DNA of 64,000 bases, taken from the NCBI GenBank assembly GCA_043819555.1, contig JBDREQ010000039.1, positions 37,828 to 101,827 on the forward strand, in the 5' to 3' direction. The notes below the pieces were generated by a model. It was not told where the DNA came from and made no database searches. It saw nothing but the letters and a program-made list of their open reading frames with translations. This document shows, piece after piece, positions 20,676 through 30,300 of this stretch. A program made the translations under genes and the position numbers. This DNA is from Candidatus Zixiibacteriota bacterium. GTDB taxonomy: Bacteria; Zixibacteria; MSB-5A5; GN15; JAAZOE01. How positions within the stretch are numbered: position 1 is the stretch's first letter; every line of letters starts with the position of its first letter.

Positions 20676-21716
20676 ATGAGTGACAATAAAACAAATTTCA
20701 AAATAAACGGACAGGTCAGAATGTCGGTCTCCGGAGTAAAATCAAGAAAAGTAAACAATCTCCTTGAAGCGGTCGGCAACACCCCTTTGGTCAAACTCAA
20801 TCGACTCACCGTGGGATTGAAAACAACGATTTATGTCAAACCTGAATTTATGAATCCCGGCGGTTCTATCAAAGACCGCATGGCTGTTTACATCTTAAAT
20901 AAAGCCTTGACCGAAGGCAAAATCGGCCCCAGGACTACAATTGTGGAAGCTACCTCCGGCAATACCGGAGTCGCTGTGGCCATGTTCGGAGCGGTGCATG
21001 ATTATCGGGTCATCCTCACTATTCCCGATAAAATGTCTGACGAAAAAGTCAATACCTTGCGCTCTTACGGGGCCGAGGTTCATGTCTGTCCCACTGCCGT
21101 TCCGGCCGATTCGCCGGAATCGTATTACAGCTCCGCTGTCAGGCTGGCCGAGGAAACCGGCGATTATTTTTTATTGAATCAATACGAAAACCTGACCAAT
21201 CCGGAGGCTCATTATCATCTGACCGCGCCGGAAATCTGGGAACAGACCGGAGGCGATATTGATATTCTCGTCGGCGGTGTCGGAACCGGCGGCACAATGT
21301 CGGGATGTTCAAAATATTTGAAAGAAAAAAATCCCAAACTGATTTCAGTAGCAATTGACCCGATCGGATCGGTCTTTGCCGATTATGCCGCAACCAAAAA
21401 ATTAATTGAACCTCATCCCTATTTTGTCGAAGGAATCGGGGAAGATAAAAACTGCCCGACGCTGCAATACGAATATATCGATCATTTTATCAAAGTATCT
21501 GATAAAGACAGCTTTCTCACTGCACGCGAATTAACCGCCAAAGAAGGAATTCTTGCCGGTGGTTCTTCGGGGTCGGCAGTCTGGGGCGCCCTCAAATATG
21601 CTCGAGAACATGACGCCAAACAGACTATGGTCGTCATCCTGCCCGATTCGGGGATTAAATATCTGTCTCGCGTTTTCAACGACGACTGGATGCGCCAACA
21701 CGGCTTTTTAGATTGA
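20676..21716 (+). CDS. PLP-dependent cystathionine beta-synthase / cysteine synthase family protein (no CBS regulatory domains)
   Basis: NPGGSIKDR (PLP Lys), TSGNTG, GTGGT, YFVEGIG, PDSGIKYLS. Confidence 0.9.
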   Translation: MSDNKTNFKINGQVRMSVSGVKSRKVNNLLEAVGNTPLVKLNRLTVGLKTTIYVKPEFMNPGGSIKDRMAVYILNKALTEGKIGPRTTIVEATSGNTGVAVAMFGAVHDYRVILTIPDKMSDEKVNTLRSYGAEVHVCPTAVPADSPESYYSSAVRLAEETGDYFLLNQYENLTNPEAHYHLTAPEIWEQTGGDIDILVGGVGTGGTMSGCSKYLKEKNPKLISVAIDPIGSVFADYAATKKLIEPHPYFVEGIGEDKNCPTLQYEYIDHFIKVSDKDSFLTARELTAKEGILAGGSSGSAVWGALKYAREHDAKQTMVVILPDSGIKYLSRVFNDDWMRQHGFLD

Positions 21717-21775
21717 AATCTTTATAAATTTGTATGGATGGTGCCCAACGGGCTCCAGCCAAATTAATATTTCTG

Positions 21776-21853
21776 TGTCATTCCCGAGAGCGAAGCGAGT
21801 CGGGAATCCAGAAATGCGTCAGTTATTTTCTGCCCGCGCGCGCGGGTATGACA
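21776..21853. repeat. REP-like palindromic element (GTCATTCCCG...CGGGAATCC...CCCG..CGGG.ATGAC type)
   Basis: Near-perfect terminal inverted repeat TGTCATTCCCG / CGGGTATGACA with internal hairpins. Confidence 0.65.
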
Positions 21854-21887
21854 TCGTATAGAAATTTGATTTAAGAATCACCACCGA

Positions 21888-21949
21888 TTTGTCAGGGTTG
21901 TCATTCCGTCAGTTCCTGCCCTGACAAAGGAGGAGTGTGAACTGACGGA
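21888..21949. repeat. Interlocked inverted repeats (10-bp and 11-bp perfect stems)
   Basis: TTTGTCAGGG 21888-97 pairs with CCCTGACAAA 21919-28; TCCGTCAGTTC 21905-15 pairs with GAACTGACGGA 21939-49. Confidence 0.75.
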
Positions 21950-21970
21950 TAAAACCAATTCATCTTTCGT

Positions 21971-21997
21971 TTGACTCAAAGACGTTTTTGTTATAAT
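21971..21997 (+). promoter_or_regulatory. Probable sigma70 promoter (extended -10) for the MFS gene
   Basis: TTGACT, then TG-N-TATAAT; spacer is short (15 nt). Confidence 0.5.
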
Positions 21998-22039
21998 TTG
22001 GGGCAATTATTTATCTAATCACATCGAAGGGAGTTGTGC

Positions 22040-23518
22040 ATGTCCCAGACAACGATGACACAGCCGGCGCAAAAGACAGGTATGTTTGAGCAGTTGGCCG
22101 GATTTGGCCTGCCGTTCTGGATGGTCAATGTTATGGAAATGTTCGAACGTCTCGCCTACTATGGCGTGCGGGTCGTTATCCCCATCTATATCGCTCAGGC
22201 AGATCAAATCGGGGGCTTACATTTTTCGCAGTCTGATAAAGGCTGGATATTTTTCTGGTGGGCTCTGGTGCAATCATTGGTACCTGTTTTCTCAGGCGGG
22301 TTTGCCGACCGTTACGGCTACAAAAAGTCAATAGCTGTCTCCATCGTGATAAAAATAATCGGATATTTAATGATGGCAACGATGACTTCTTATTATCCAT
22401 TCCTATTCGGATGCTGTGTTCTCGCAGCCGGCACAGCGATATTCAAACCGGGCGTGCAGGGCACAATGGCTCGATGCCTGAATAAAGACAATTCTTCAGT
22501 CGGCTGGGGCACGTTTTATATGCTGGTCAATATTGGGGGATTTTTGGGACCGCCTCTGGCCCATTTTCTCTATGGCATCTCATGGCCTACCGTATTTTAC
22601 GGATGTGCTGTAATCGTCTCGCTCAATTTCCTGATGCTTCTTACTTACAAAGAAGTCTCAGCAGGCGGTGAACAAACCGGAAGCGTCATGAAAGTCATCA
22701 AGATTACTCTTAACAATATCATTAAACCCCGTCTGGCCGCGTTCGTCCTGATTATGTCCGGCTTTTGGCTGATGTTCATGCAATTGTTTGATATGCTCCC
22801 CAATTTTATAGTTGACTGGGTTGATACTACCAGAATCTCAGCGTTGCTCGGCAATCCATCCTGGATGACGGTCGAAACACCACGTGGGACGATGATTACC
22901 CAGGAGTGGCTGATTAATTCAAACGGAGGATTGATTATAATTGCAGTCGTTCTCCTGTCGTGGATGGTCTCTAAGATGAGGCGAATTCATTCCATATTTT
23001 TGGGTATTGTAATCGCTTCAATTGGATTAATTCTCGCCGGATATTCGATGTCCGGGTACTTTTGCATCATTGGCATTCTGGTCTTTACCGTCGGTGAAAT
23101 GCTGGCGTCGCCCAAAATGCAGGATTATCTCGGAATTATTGCGCCCGAAGGCGAGAAAGCGTTGTACATGGGATATTCCAATATTCCCCTCGCGATAGGC
23201 TGGGCCCTCGGCAGCCTTATGGGAGGTAAAATATATGGAGCCATGGGAGACAAGGCCAATCTTGCTATTAAATATCTTACGGAACAGGGATATTTCGCCG
23301 AACCGCTAACCGGTCAGGCTTTCCTCGATTTCAGACCCGAGGCGATGCTAAAACTCCAGGAGCATCTCGGCATTGATGCCATCGAAGCAACCAATCTCCT
23401 TTGGAAAACTTATGACCCATACTGGCTGTGGACGCCTTTTGCCGCAATCGGAATTATTTCTGCAATTGGAATTTTCTTCTATGCTCGCTGGGTTAAAGAC
23501 GTTGAGAAAGGCGTATAA
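22040..23518 (+). CDS. MFS transporter, POT/PTR peptide-transporter-like
   Basis: EMFERLAYYG (ExxER motif), GGFADRYG, FKP, FYMLVNIGG, GEMLASP. Confidence 0.88.
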   Translation: MSQTTMTQPAQKTGMFEQLAGFGLPFWMVNVMEMFERLAYYGVRVVIPIYIAQADQIGGLHFSQSDKGWIFFWWALVQSLVPVFSGGFADRYGYKKSIAVSIVIKIIGYLMMATMTSYYPFLFGCCVLAAGTAIFKPGVQGTMARCLNKDNSSVGWGTFYMLVNIGGFLGPPLAHFLYGISWPTVFYGCAVIVSLNFLMLLTYKEVSAGGEQTGSVMKVIKITLNNIIKPRLAAFVLIMSGFWLMFMQLFDMLPNFIVDWVDTTRISALLGNPSWMTVETPRGTMITQEWLINSNGGLIIIAVVLLSWMVSKMRRIHSIFLGIVIASIGLILAGYSMSGYFCIIGILVFTVGEMLASPKMQDYLGIIAPEGEKALYMGYSNIPLAIGWALGSLMGGKIYGAMGDKANLAIKYLTEQGYFAEPLTGQAFLDFRPEAMLKLQEHLGIDAIEATNLLWKTYDPYWLWTPFAAIGIISAIGIFFYARWVKDVEKGV

Positions 23519-23540
23519 ATACGCAAACTGCTGGAAAATC

Positions 23541-23568
23541 AGAAGGGGTCGTTTCCGACCCCTTCTTT
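23541..23568 (+). terminator. Intrinsic terminator between the convergent MFS and nitroreductase genes
   Basis: AGAAGGGGTCG-TTTC-CGACCCCTTCT followed by T residues. Confidence 0.7.
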
Positions 23569-23591
23569 CCTAGCCCCCTCCGGTGACAGTG

Positions 23592-24242
23592 TCACCTGAG
23601 AGCACTATTAAATATCCCTTGAGAAACCAATCTTGTCAAATCTTTTCTTGAGGACGGCTTTTCAACCGTACGCATTTTTTCTGGCAGAGTTTCGGGATCA
23701 CCCCTATGACCGATCGCGGCCATTGCCTGAACCTCAAAGCCGTCAGGTATACTCAAGTCTTTTTTGGCTTTTTCATAATCAAATCCGGCCATACCATGAA
23801 CAACCAAACCTCTCCGGGCGCCTTCCAGAGCCATCATCCCCCAGGCCGAACCGGTATCGAAGGCATGGGTATTCATCGGTTTACCGTTGTGATCAAAAGT
23901 CGTTTTGGAAATTATAACCATCAGAATTGAGGCGTCTTTGCACCACGCCTGATTGGCTTCAACCAGTAAATTAAAATATGTATCCCATTCCGGAGTGCCC
24001 TTTCTTGCGTAAAGAAACCGCCACGGCTGATTATTAAATGATGACGGCGCCCAGTGAGCCGCCTCAAACATGGCCAGCAAGTCATTTTCTTCCACCGCCG
24101 TTTCGCTCATCGCCCGCGGCGACCAGCGATTTCTGAAAATATCATGACTGCCATATTTATTCGACCGGTACTGGTCAATTTCAGGCCTATTATCGCTTAT
24201 CTTGTTATCCGAATCCTGCTTTATTTCACCATTGACTAACAT
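23592..24242 (-). CDS. Nitroreductase family protein
   Basis: RWSPRAM, WAPSSFNNQPWRF, FDTGSAW, HGMAGFD. Confidence 0.92.
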   Translation of the reverse strand: MLVNGEIKQDSDNKISDNRPEIDQYRSNKYGSHDIFRNRWSPRAMSETAVEENDLLAMFEAAHWAPSSFNNQPWRFLYARKGTPEWDTYFNLLVEANQAWCKDASILMVIISKTTFDHNGKPMNTHAFDTGSAWGMMALEGARRGLVVHGMAGFDYEKAKKDLSIPDGFEVQAMAAIGHRGDPETLPEKMRTVEKPSSRKDLTRLVSQGIFNSALR

Positions 24243-24275
24243 ATCTTCACCTTGTTAAAATAATTGTTGACCGGC

Positions 24276-24755
24276 CTATTGAGAAATAAGTCCGCGGGAA
24301 ACCATTTCCTGCTTTTCAGGAGGGCGTCGATGCTGTTGTTCCGCCGGATAGAATTTTTCAGCCGGTAGTATCTCTGTCGCGATAGGATATTTGTAAATTT
24401 TCAAATCCGATATCTCCATGGCCGATTCAAGAGCCTGATTCCTCTGCTCGAGATTATTGTAAAAAATGGCCGATCGGTATTGTGAGAAAAGGCCACAGTC
24501 CTGATAATTCATCATCGTTGGATCATGATTAATCCAGAAGATATCCAAAAGGTCCTGGTATGTGATGACATTGGGATTGAAAGTAATTTTTACCGCTTCG
24601 GCATGGCCAGATTGCCCGCAGCAAACTTCCTGATATGTGGGATTAGGAGTATTCCCGCCGGTATATCCAACGGTGGTCGAAACCACACCATCAAATTTAT
24701 TGAATACATTTTCAACTTCCCAAAAACATCCCGCCGCAAAAATCGCTGTTTCCAT
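24276..24755 (-). CDS. msrA: Peptide-methionine (S)-S-oxide reductase (divergent C-terminus)
   Basis: AAGCFW, GYTGG, PTY, GHAEAV, HDPT, QYRSAIF. Confidence 0.85.
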   Translation of the reverse strand: METAIFAAGCFWEVENVFNKFDGVVSTTVGYTGGNTPNPTYQEVCCGQSGHAEAVKITFNPNVITYQDLLDIFWINHDPTMMNYQDCGLFSQYRSAIFYNNLEQRNQALESAMEISDLKIYKYPIATEILPAEKFYPAEQQHRRPPEKQEMVSRGLISQ

Positions 24756-24951
24756 TTTTTATTACTCCGTTTACTTTTTGCCCCTGAATTTTTCATTGAA
24801 GTTCAAATCCGGGCAGGTTTACATACTATTAATGATGTAACCGAAAATTAGTCCGGTTCGTTCCAACAAAATGGATTATATTAGGCAAATTTTACAAAGC
24901 CGCGATGAGATGAGAAAACGCGAAGCTAATGTAAATTTAAACGAATGTAGA

Positions 24952-26235
24952 TTACGACCAGAACTCAAAAAGATCATTAAGTTCTTCACGTTTTTTTAGA
25001 ATTTCGAATTCACCGGAGCTATAATTGTAACCGATCACTTTGGGCATTTGTCGGCTGTTATAGCGCGACCACATGCTCAATGTATAAGCTCCGGTGTCGT
25101 GAATTATTATTATATCTCCGGGATCGATTTTGGGAAGTTCTACTTCACAGGCAAGCATATCACCGGAAAAACAGAGCGGCCCGGCAATATTGTATTTCTG
25201 TTTATTATTTCCCGCCTTTAATTTTCCCCCCCCATCAAGGACCGAGATTTCATGGTACCAATCATCGGGACAATAGCATCTGCGCAGCATTAAGTCGGCG
25301 CCGACATGAATAATCGCGGTTTTGATTCCGGATGAAGGTTTTACATATTCGACCCGGGAGGCAACAAACCCTGAATTGGCAAATAAATATCTGCCGAATT
25401 CGGTGATAAGCCTGAACTTAGAATTATCGACATGCCCAAAAACTTCACTTACTCCTGCCGCATAGTCATAAGCTGAAATTAAAATATCATCGGGTCTATA
25501 TTTTACCGGCAAACCGCCTCCAATATTGATAGTTGAGATATGCCGCCCAGTGCCTTTATTTACTAATTCAACATTTGCTTCATTGACAAAATCCTTGAGT
25601 ATTTTGGCGCCATTTATCAACATTTCGAGCGGGAAGCCCTGAGAACCAATATGTATGTGAACCCCTGACAGCCACTCATATTTAATAAAGCTCTCAATTA
25701 TTTGACCGCGAAATTCATTGATAGGAATACCAAACTTGGAATATTCCCCAGCGGTGCTGCTCGACGCAATATCACCGAATCCAATCTGGGGGTTCAGTCT
25801 GATCCCTATTCTACTTTTGGAATCAATTCTTTTGAGTAGTTCCTCAATGCGTCTTAATTCTTCAAATGAATCGGCATTAATATGGACTCCTTCGCGCAGG
25901 GCATACTCCAAATCATTAATGGTTTTTGCGGGTGAGTCAAAGATAATTTTATTTGGAGAAAATCCCGCCTTTTGTGCCAGGTATAACTCGGGCAATGACG
26001 CGGCTTCCGCGCCCAATCCCAGGTTTTTTGTCCGACTAAGAATCTTTGAAAGCGGATTGGCCTTGATCGCGACGGTATGCAGAGAATTCGGAGGAAAGGC
26101 ATGCGTAACGTCATTTATTTTTGCGCCCAAAATCTCAAAATCATAAAAGATAACAGAGTCATCATTTGTCGAAAAAAGGTTTTCTGTAATGGCGCTGGAA
26201 ACAGCTTTGCTTATTTTTTCCAGTGATAAGTTCAT
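24952..26235 (-). CDS. Diaminopimelate-decarboxylase-like PLP fold-III decarboxylase
   Basis: AIKANP, HIHIGSQ, NIGGG, EFGR, GPLCFSGD, TGAY. Substrate uncertain, so lysA symbol withheld. Confidence 0.85.
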   Translation of the reverse strand: MNLSLEKISKAVSSAITENLFSTNDDSVIFYDFEILGAKINDVTHAFPPNSLHTVAIKANPLSKILSRTKNLGLGAEAASLPELYLAQKAGFSPNKIIFDSPAKTINDLEYALREGVHINADSFEELRRIEELLKRIDSKSRIGIRLNPQIGFGDIASSSTAGEYSKFGIPINEFRGQIIESFIKYEWLSGVHIHIGSQGFPLEMLINGAKILKDFVNEANVELVNKGTGRHISTINIGGGLPVKYRPDDILISAYDYAAGVSEVFGHVDNSKFRLITEFGRYLFANSGFVASRVEYVKPSSGIKTAIIHVGADLMLRRCYCPDDWYHEISVLDGGGKLKAGNNKQKYNIAGPLCFSGDMLACEVELPKIDPGDIIIIHDTGAYTLSMWSRYNSRQMPKVIGYNYSSGEFEILKKREELNDLFEFWS

Positions 26236-26311
26236 AATATCTCGCCTTTATTTATGATTAAGATATGGAGCGGGAGGTTTCAAATCAAGGCAGGCAATAT
26301 GAAAATCAATT

Positions 26312-26385
26312 AAAAAAAATGAGGAGGCCGTGGCCCGAAGAACGAGGGGAAAAGACACTCCAGGCGCACAAAACCTCCTCAAAAA
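26312..26385 (-). ncRNA. Candidate small RNA / leader hairpin upstream of the decarboxylase
   Basis: GAGGAGG...CCTCCTC closing stem followed by a T-run on the minus strand; TTGCAT-16 nt-TATAAA promoter immediately upstream (about 26387-26414). Confidence 0.4.
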
Positions 26386-26558
26386 ATTTATACGAATATA
26401 AAATGATTATGCAAAGAAAAAAGAAAAATATTTAAGCCTCCTTTTCAATCACTATAAATACTTTTTTGTCACGCCAAATTACCAATACTAAAAATACTTT
26501 TTCGAAGTCCCCGTTCGAAATCTGCCATGAACTAATATATGGAATTATTTTAAAAAAA

Positions 26559-27302
26559 TCAAATAAACTTTTCACGATTTTGGAGTTTTAAAAGCCCCAT
26601 CAGTGTCATCAATATTGAGCCTGCCACCAAATAAATGCGGTTATAGAGGGTAAGATCGGACTGTAAAATCCCCGCAAAGTCCTCAGTAGATTCGAATGGA
26701 TTATAAAAGATATCCCATTTATTGGCGCTCTGATCTTCTGTTATGATATTGTAGATTAACAGAAAAATCACAAGGATAGCCGCTGTACCATTTCCGTTTC
26801 GTACAAAAGTCGACACCATAAACCCAAAACTGCCAACAAAAAGAAGAGGAAACATAATATGATAAATCATTGACCATAGACTAAAATCTGCCAAGGCCAA
26901 TTGACAGAAAATTGCGTAAAGCAATAATATACTTGCGGTTACGATATATTGAGTAACGCATCTGGCCAGCCAAACCTTATATCGATAATCCGGAATTCCA
27001 AAAAGTGTTTCAATCATACGAGAATCGGTATCCCGCTGAATGGTGTACGTGGCCGGATAAAAAATCAGGAGAAGTCCCGGAGAATATAAGAAATAGTAAA
27101 TATCCTGTGCTGTTGGAGGAGTGTTTTCCTCAATCGTGTAGATGATGACTATGGTCAGGAACAAGGCCAGCGACAGGAATAAAAAATATTTGAATTTGCC
27201 GGCAAAGACATGATTGGCGTTATATCTGAAAAGGGAAATAATAAGCCTTAGTGTATCCAAAATTCTGGTACCGGTCAGATGTCTTTCTCGAGCATTCGTC
27301 AT
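26559..27302 (-). CDS. ABC-2-type permease-like membrane protein (last gene of the RND-ABC operon)
   Basis: About 6 TMs; IQRDTDSRMIETLFGIP resembles the ABC-2 coupling helix; ATG overlaps the upstream TAA. Confidence 0.7.
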   Translation of the reverse strand: MTNARERHLTGTRILDTLRLIISLFRYNANHVFAGKFKYFLFLSLALFLTIVIIYTIEENTPPTAQDIYYFLYSPGLLLIFYPATYTIQRDTDSRMIETLFGIPDYRYKVWLARCVTQYIVTASILLLYAIFCQLALADFSLWSMIYHIMFPLLFVGSFGFMVSTFVRNGNGTAAILVIFLLIYNIITEDQSANKWDIFYNPFESTEDFAGILQSDLTLYNRIYLVAGSILMTLMGLLKLQNREKFI

Positions 27303-30300
27303 TAATTCTCCTTGCCTCCGAGAAGCCATAAATATGAATCTTCCAGCGTCGGCGTCACTTGAACAGCGTTGGGGGTCGGCATAGTTTCCGCCAAAACGCG
27401 AATCCTAATATTATCACCCTCACGTGTATGATGAACAATACGTGCAGCGTTTCGCATTTTTTCAAATTCCGCGTCAGTAACATGCGCCTGCCAGACAAAT
27501 CCCTCAGTAAGAGCGACCATATCCCGGGGAGTTCCAATAAATTTGACTTTGCCGTCTCCCAAAACCGCTAATTTGTTGCAGGAACTTGAAACATCTTCGA
27601 TTATATGGGTTGAGAATATTACAATCCGATCCCGTGACAATTCCGACAAGAGATTTCTAAACCGGATTCGCTCACGCGGATCGAGGCCGGCCGTAGGTTC
27701 ATCGACAACCAATATTCGGGGCAAATGCAACAGAGTTTGAGCAATCCCGACGCGTTGTTTCATGCCACCGGAAAAGGCCTGGATTTTGGTGTTTTTGCTA
27801 TCTCCCAAATGCACTGAGTTAATCGCTCGTTCGACTATTTCGCGGCGTTCCTCATTATCCAGTAATCCTTTTAGAATGGCCTGGTAATCAAGGAATTGAT
27901 AAGCCGTCATAGTTTCATAGGTACCAAATTCCTGGGGCAAATATCCTATCAAGGCCTGCAATTCTTCCCGTTTTTCGTCGATATCGATATCGTTTATAGT
28001 CACTTTCCCAAAGCTATTTGAGAGTATGCCGCATACAATTCGCATCAAAGTTGTTTTTCCGGCTCCGTTGGGTCCGACCAAACCAAACATGCCGCTGCCA
28101 ATTTCCATGGAAACCTGATTGAGGGCCAAAAATGGAGTTTTCTTCTTGCCGATAATTGGAATTAATTTGACAAAACGATAAAATATTTTTCTGGTTTTTT
28201 TAAAACGACCCGTTATCCGATTTATGTTAATTCTATCCCGATAGAGTCTTCGCGAAGTGTGATAAATTAAAATGCCCAAATACCACAATACACCGATAAT
28301 TATTGCAGTAGCATTTTCGTTCGTTTCGATAAAAAGCCAAAGAGTATTAATCAAAGGCCCAAACCAGAATATAACAATAAAACCCAATTTCCGCAGAAGT
28401 CTCATTCTAATTTTGGAATTATCATCCGGAATCAACAAAGGCCGCGTCAGATAAACTGCATAAGCATAAAAAACGATCGAAAAAATAGTTTCCCAAAAAC
28501 CGCTTTCGAGATATAAATAAGTAAAATAAAAAAGAAAAATTACGAATGGCATTTGCCAGATTAGACTAATAATGCCGGCCGGTTCGGGCAATTCGCCGCG
28601 AAACCGTTTTCTTTCCCGAAAGCGTTTACCACCCCGCCATTCCTGCATAAAACGCGAGTAATTGCCGTATAATTTGACGACATTCCTGATTGAGATTTTT
28701 ATCGGCACATCGCCGGGAATCAATTTTGCGCTGCTTCGACGGAGCGACGTTTTGATAAAATAGGTCATACCCGGGACAACAATAATGATGACGCAAAGAT
28801 CAATCGCCCGCCATAGGAAGGAATCTATATAAGTGTATATTGCCACAAATCCAGCTATCGCTGCCGCAACCTGAGCTACCTGCAAATACCATTTTAAACC
28901 GCGTAACCATCTGACCACGTTTTCGAGACCAAATGCGACCGTAGGGATAAAAATTAATGTAAACAGCGTGCCAGCGACAAGACCCCCGATAACGGTAATT
29001 GCAAATGGCGCGCCAATCTTGGCGACATATTCCGCCTTGCCCATCGCCAGCGGAAACATGGCCAGAATGGTCGTAATGGCGGTGATCAAAATTGGGCGAA
29101 CTCTGGCCTGACCAGCCATTAATAACGCCCGGCTGGGAGTATATTCACGGCGCCTTAACAGGCGATAATAATCCATTAAAATAATGCCGTTATTAACCAC
29201 TACTCCCAGCAGGATTAAAAACCCGGTTAAAACATTGGCGTCATACACTGAGTTATTGGTCAGGATCAAACCCCAAAAGGCACCGATTGTCGCCAGAGGC
29301 AAAGTAAACATCATAACCAGAGGAGTTAAAAGCGATTCGAAAATTGATGCCAGAATCATATAGATCAAAATTATGCCGGTAAATATAAGAAAATAAAAAT
29401 CGGACAGATCCGTCTCTTCGTGAACCGCTTCGACCGCGACGCCAGGAGGAAGATTTATGGCCGCGACTATCTGATCAATTTCCGCGCGGGCGCCGTCTAA
29501 TAACTGTTTTGAGTCTTCAATTTCTTCTTCAAAACGGTAAATGACTTCAACTATTTTTTCCTGGTTAGTGCGATTGATACTTGAATATCCATTATTATAA
29601 ACGATACCGGCAAGCTGAGTCAGGGGGATGTTCCCTCCCGAATTACTCGGTACAACCACTTGACGTAAATCATCCGAGGTTTTATCAATCTCCTCTTCAT
29701 CTGAGCTTTTGAGGATTATACTGACCTCTTCGGTTCCCTGCCGTAACGTCGCGCCGGAAGAAAATTCCCCTTGGAAACCGGCCAGTTCAGACATAATAGA
29801 AGTCGTTCTAACATCAAAATGGCTTAGAGCGGATTTATCAAACATTAGGTCAATACCAGGCTGGCCTTGAGATACTGACAAATTCGCTCGCTGAACGGTG
29901 GAAAGGTTTTCAATATTAAACAAAATATCGTCGGCAATGCTTGTCAATAGGGCCATATCCTGGCCCTTTACGACCACTCGCTCTTCGCTTGAGCCAATTC
30001 CCAGCAACCGCTCAAAGGCTCGTCCGGCTCCTCCCATACCGCCGGCTCCGCCGCCTCCGCGATAGCGAGCGTTAGATACGGGCTGCTCATATGAGAAATT
30101 AATGCGGCCATAAGCCCCTCCAAGCTTCTCCAATATATCAGCCTTGATCGCACTCAAATCACGATCACCAATATCTTTGTAATCTTCGACTAATTGAAAA
30201 GTAATGGTCGAAACCTCTTCTTCAATATTGGCTCGCCGCTCCTCCACTTCCGGAATCTCTGACAAGCGCGCATCCATATCCAGTATTTGTTCATCCGACG

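Noticed and set aside
26240..26550. Lysine riboswitch upstream of the LysA-like gene
   Set aside because: The structured part is far too short and lacks recognisable L-box helices.
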